In this document: piece after piece, positions 60,607-64,000 of the stretch
Layout of the letters: each line of letters begins with the position of its first letter
How positions within the stretch are numbered: position 1 is the stretch's first letter
Assembly (NCBI GenBank): GCA_963718565.1
Contig: OY970364.1
Coordinates: forward strand, 1,600,001-1,664,000
Origin: an uncultured Verrucomicrobiae bacterium
GTDB lineage: Bacteria; Chlamydiota; Chlamydiia; Chlamydiales; Rhabdochlamydiaceae
DNA length: 64,000 nucleotides
Direction: 5' to 3'
The notes under the pieces: model-generated
Told to the model about the DNA's origin: nothing
The model's input: the letters and a program-made list of their open reading frames with translations, nothing else
The model's database searches: none
Program-made: the position numbers and the translations under genes

Positions 60607-61059
60607 TCAGTTCCGCTCTTTATTTTGAATTCCTTCATTGCGAATTAAGGTGCGCTGATTGACGACTTTTGGTTTCAAGTAGGCACGCATCTCTGCGTCA
60701 AATTTTTCTGCAGAACATTCTTCTCCGCAAGTGAATAAATCGACAAAACAGGCACCGTGTTCTGGATAAGTGTGTATGCTGGCATGGCTTTCAGCAAGCA
60801 AAAAAACCATTGTCAACCCACTAGGAGGAAACACCTTGCTAGAAATTTCTACAATTATCGCGCCGCTTTTCTCAACTGCCTGATGCATTGCAATGGCAAG
60901 GTTTTCTAAATCACTCAAAGCCTGAGTATCGCATTCGCAATAACTGGCAAGAAAATGCACTCCTCTAAATTGATGAAGGGATTCCTCATGGCTTTCTAAC
61001 GCGAGTGTAAAAGAAAATAATAGACCAAAAAAAACAGATGTTTTATGAACCCAGCTCAT
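60607..61059 (-). CDS. speD: S-adenosylmethionine decarboxylase-family proenzyme with signal-peptide-like N-terminus
   Basis: LLAESHASIHTYPE and DLFTCG. Confidence 0.85.
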   Translation of the reverse strand: MSWVHKTSVFFGLLFSFTLALESHEESLHQFRGVHFLASYCECDTQALSDLENLAIAMHQAVEKSGAIIVEISSKVFPPSGLTMVFLLAESHASIHTYPEHGACFVDLFTCGEECSAEKFDAEMRAYLKPKVVNQRTLIRNEGIQNKERN

Positions 61060-61924
61060 GTGATTTCTTCCAATAAATAAAATAATCTCGATTGCTCAAT
61101 GTCCCTTGCAGTTCCCATTCGCTCAAACTCTTAAGTTTCTCAAAACGCTCTCTAATCTCGTTCAGATTCATAGCAATCACACCAAAATGCTTGGGGAATT
61201 CATGTCCTAAAATATAGCCAGAAAGAGATCGCGAAAGAATATTTTCAAAAAACAGATCCTGATAAGCACGATTAAATTCAGAAAAACTCATATCCGAAAT
61301 CACTAAATCATAAACGGCTTGCCTAGGAAGCTGTTCCGGTGTACAAAAGTTCACATTGTTTACACCCAATTTCTCTAAGCATTTTTTAGCTAAGGCGAGC
61401 TGCTCAGGAAGATCTACCAGCGTATAACTTTTGAAACCAAGTACATCATTCAGAATTTTACATAGATTTCCACATCCCGCTCCGATCTGAACAATGTGCG
61501 ATGGCTCAAAATTGCCAAGCTTAGAGCGCACTTCTCCTACCATAGCAATTAAACGCAATGTCGAAGGAGAAAAAAGACCGGCATCACCAAAATGATATGT
61601 TCTTGGAGAACCGATCTGATCAATGTTGCGGAATTGCTCAAATTGTGTTTTAAGAAAGACATATTCATGATCAATTTTTCTTAGGTAGAGTTCCCCTTCC
61701 TCAAAGGTAAGATTTTCCCAGATCAGATTGAAAAAAGGATTCTGTTTAAATTGGGAAAAATAGTGTTCATCAGTGGCCGCCTTTGCTGAAATTTCAGAGA
61801 AAACAGCATGGTCGTAGATACAGCGCTGAGAATGCTTGGCCTCATTTCTCTTGCAGCCAGACACTACAAAGCAACAAATAACCAAATAAATGATAAGCTG
61901 TAAGATTTTCATGGAAAAATGCAA
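61043..61924 (-). CDS. Putative SAM-dependent (sugar O-)methyltransferase with lipoprotein signal
   Basis: QIGAGCG, YTLVDLP and SFSE; lipobox VSGC. Confidence 0.7.
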   Translation of the reverse strand: MHFSMKILQLIIYLVICCFVVSGCKRNEAKHSQRCIYDHAVFSEISAKAATDEHYFSQFKQNPFFNLIWENLTFEEGELYLRKIDHEYVFLKTQFEQFRNIDQIGSPRTYHFGDAGLFSPSTLRLIAMVGEVRSKLGNFEPSHIVQIGAGCGNLCKILNDVLGFKSYTLVDLPEQLALAKKCLEKLGVNNVNFCTPEQLPRQAVYDLVISDMSFSEFNRAYQDLFFENILSRSLSGYILGHEFPKHFGVIAMNLNEIRERFEKLKSLSEWELQGTLSNRDYFIYWKKSHELGS

Positions 61925-61942
61925 TCAAAACGACTTTCATGT

Positions 61943-62186
61943 TATACTGCGCCCAGCCTAAAAATATGAATTTAGGGAGTCTTAGAACAGCCCAGGCTTG
62001 AGCGAAGCAAAGCGCTCGTGACGAGGAGGTACTAAATTAATACCTCCGAGGCTGCGGACACTTTGCAAATGTCCGGTGGACATTTGCGAAGGGAAGCAAG
62101 TGAGCGAAGCGAACCGGGAAGATCGTTCAAAAATGGGCTGTTATAATGGCCCCGTAAATTCACATTTTTAGGCTGGACGCAGTATA
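61943..62186. mobile_element. Family M TA-flanked palindromic MITE with family L element (61975-62154) nested at its centre
   Basis: TATACTGCG.CCAGCCTAAAAAT.TGAATTTA arms; inner element with AACAGCCCA/TGGGCTGTT ends and module F. Confidence 0.8.
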
Positions 62187-62281
62187 TCTCTAATGCTTTT
62201 TTCTTAAAAGTTAGAAAGTTGGCTTTCTTCCAAAAAAAGCTTGGAAATAGCACAATGAAAGTAAATTGAGGTCGTGTCCGT

Positions 62282-63115
62282 ATGCGCATTCTTTTTACTT
62301 TGCTCAGTTTAGGCGCTGCTTGTTACGGGATATGGTGGCTTACTTCCACAAACCCCGAAGTGAAGACCAAAGTCGAAGACATTCTCAATACAGGCTCTTT
62401 TAATACCCTCGAGATCCGCTATACAGCCAATCAAATCATGGACGCTCATCGCAAGCATCTTCTCAAAGACAACCGTCACCGATATCTTGAACCTTCGATG
62501 AAATTTTATCCCTATCTTCTACTCGAGGTAAAATATACTGTTTCGGACAAGAAAACGAGAGAAGGTGTCATCTTATGGGATTTAATCGATGGCGAGATGG
62601 TCATCGACACCAAGCAATGGGAAAAAACGCACGGGTTTAGCGATTGCATCAATGCAAATACAGATCCGCATGAATTCAAGGTCATCAATACTTTGGCCTA
62701 TAAAGGCGGATCGGCCGACCGAGAAGCTCTGATCAAAGCGCTGCACGTCGAAAACGATGTGTTAGATGCTTGGCTCGAAAGCTGTCGACGTAAAAAATTA
62801 ATTGTACAATCCGGCAATCGATACCGCCTTCATCTAGAAAATCCCCATCTTAAAATGCTTCCTGCCACCAAACTCGACGAACGTTTGGTGACTAAGCCCC
62901 ACCGCAATGCCGACCGCATTCCTAACCGCTATTCTCTTTCGCAAATTGAGAAAATCACTCGGGCCGCCTTCGGCAATGAATTTGCGATCCGCAAAACAAC
63001 GGATATCTATCTGCCTGTCCATTGCATCGTCGTGCAAAACCCTGATGGATCGATACATACTAGTCTCTGGAATGCCCTCAATGGCAAACGCTTGCAATCC
63101 CATTCCATTGAATGA
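62282..63115 (+). CDS. Hypothetical protein with N-terminal membrane anchor
   Basis: 277-aa ORF with GAGG SD. Confidence 0.75.
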   Translation: MRILFTLLSLGAACYGIWWLTSTNPEVKTKVEDILNTGSFNTLEIRYTANQIMDAHRKHLLKDNRHRYLEPSMKFYPYLLLEVKYTVSDKKTREGVILWDLIDGEMVIDTKQWEKTHGFSDCINANTDPHEFKVINTLAYKGGSADREALIKALHVENDVLDAWLESCRRKKLIVQSGNRYRLHLENPHLKMLPATKLDERLVTKPHRNADRIPNRYSLSQIEKITRAAFGNEFAIRKTTDIYLPVHCIVVQNPDGSIHTSLWNALNGKRLQSHSIE

Positions 63116-63158
63116 TCCTTGCCCGGAAAATCCTAAAGCGAGTAAACTTTTGCTCCTT

Positions 63159-63248
63159 GGAAAGATGGCTGAGTGGCCGAAGGCACGTCCCTGCTAAGGA
63201 CGCGTACCCGCTAAACGGGTACCGAGGGTTCAAATCCCTCTCTTTCCG
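63159..63248 (+). tRNA. tRNA-Ser(GCT)
   Basis: Full cloverleaf with long variable arm; CT-GCT-AA loop; CCA not encoded. Confidence 0.96.
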
Positions 63249-63260
63249 AAACTTCCTGAG

Positions 63261-63285
63261 CCCTGAAATCTTTCAGGGTTTTTTT
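63261..63285 (+). terminator. Intrinsic terminator after tRNA-Ser
   Basis: CCCTGAAA/TTTCAGGG stem plus T7. Confidence 0.8.
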
Positions 63286-63495
63286 ATCTTATAGAGCCTA
63301 TAAAAGGAGATTGCTATGTTCTGCAAAGTCTTATTTATCATGCTTTTCTCGGTTTTCACCACTTTTTCCTATGCAAATTTTAGCGCATGCGATTTATCTC
63401 ACAAAGATGTTCCCTCAATTATACATTCTTCTTAGAAGATTGCATAAATATCCCTAAGTCACAATACTTCAAAGATACTTCCCACCAGGTGCCCT

Positions 63496-64000
63496 ATGTC
63501 TGAAGAGCTCGCTTCAAAAGATAAAGTCAGAATCGCCCCCAATTCTAAAGAGTCAGAAATGATCGTGCTCGGCTCAATGCTTACAAGCATTAATAGTTTA
63601 AACATAGGAGCCGATGGACTTGATGAGGGAGATTTTTACTTCACCGAACATAGAATCATTTTTCAGGCTTTAAAGAATGCTTATCGCAATGACAAGCCTG
63701 CGGATGTGCACCTGATCGGTGAAGAGCTCAAAAGGCAGGACAAACTTAAAGCCATCGGTGGCTTAGGCTATCTGACGACGTTGGCACAATACGCCGGAAC
63801 TTCAGCCTATATTGAAGAATATATCGAACTTGTTCGAGATAAATCCATTCTTCGCAGAATGATCAATGTCGCACAAGAAGTAGAGCGAGAGGCCCTCAAT
63901 AATCCCGAAGATGTGCATGTTCTTCTCGACGACACTCAAGCCAAATTTTTCCTCATTAGCCAGGCTGCTAATTTCAATGCCGGTATTTTAATCAAAGATC
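63496..64000 (+). CDS. dnaB: Replicative DNA helicase, 5' part
   Basis: APNSKESEMIVLGSML...DFYFTEHRIIF...IGGLGYLTTL...IVRDKSILRRMI. Confidence 0.92.
   Translation, partial: MSEELASKDKVRIAPNSKESEMIVLGSMLTSINSLNIGADGLDEGDFYFTEHRIIFQALKNAYRNDKPADVHLIGEELKRQDKLKAIGGLGYLTTLAQYAGTSAYIEEYIELVRDKSILRRMINVAQEVEREALNNPEDVHVLLDDTQAKFFLISQAANFNAGILIKD

Overview
Chromosomal segment of an environmental chlamydia (Parachlamydiales-type). The assignment is inferred from euo, the large SecDF fusion, an Npt/NTT nucleotide transporter, a DUF2709-like gene and the gene order. The backbone is housekeeping: cdsA-uppS-purA, secDF-recJ, pepF, two euo paralogues, tsp, gltX, ispF, ddl, murA, epmB, argS, ldh, tsaE-engB-dnaQ-pgk, polA-coaE-rho, oppA, tRNA-Ser and dnaB. 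There are also several eukaryote-like effector genes: F-box/WD40, F-box/ankyrin/CBM20-like and a PI4-kinase-like protein. The most striking signal is non-coding: about ten families of short palindromic MITE-like elements with readable terminal inverted repeats (TIRs) and target-site duplications (TSDs). They nest inside each other and share swappable hairpin modules. They supply the stop codons of murA, npt and an ATP-grasp gene, and one sits in frame as a 75-codon insert in tsaE, like a Rickettsia palindromic element (RPE). Two complete IS elements are present. One is an ISAs1. The other is an unclassified two-ORF, frameshift-type DDE element with a 9-bp TSD that splits an F-box/WD40 gene. 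All calls come from reading the sequence; no database searches were run, so novelty is unverified.
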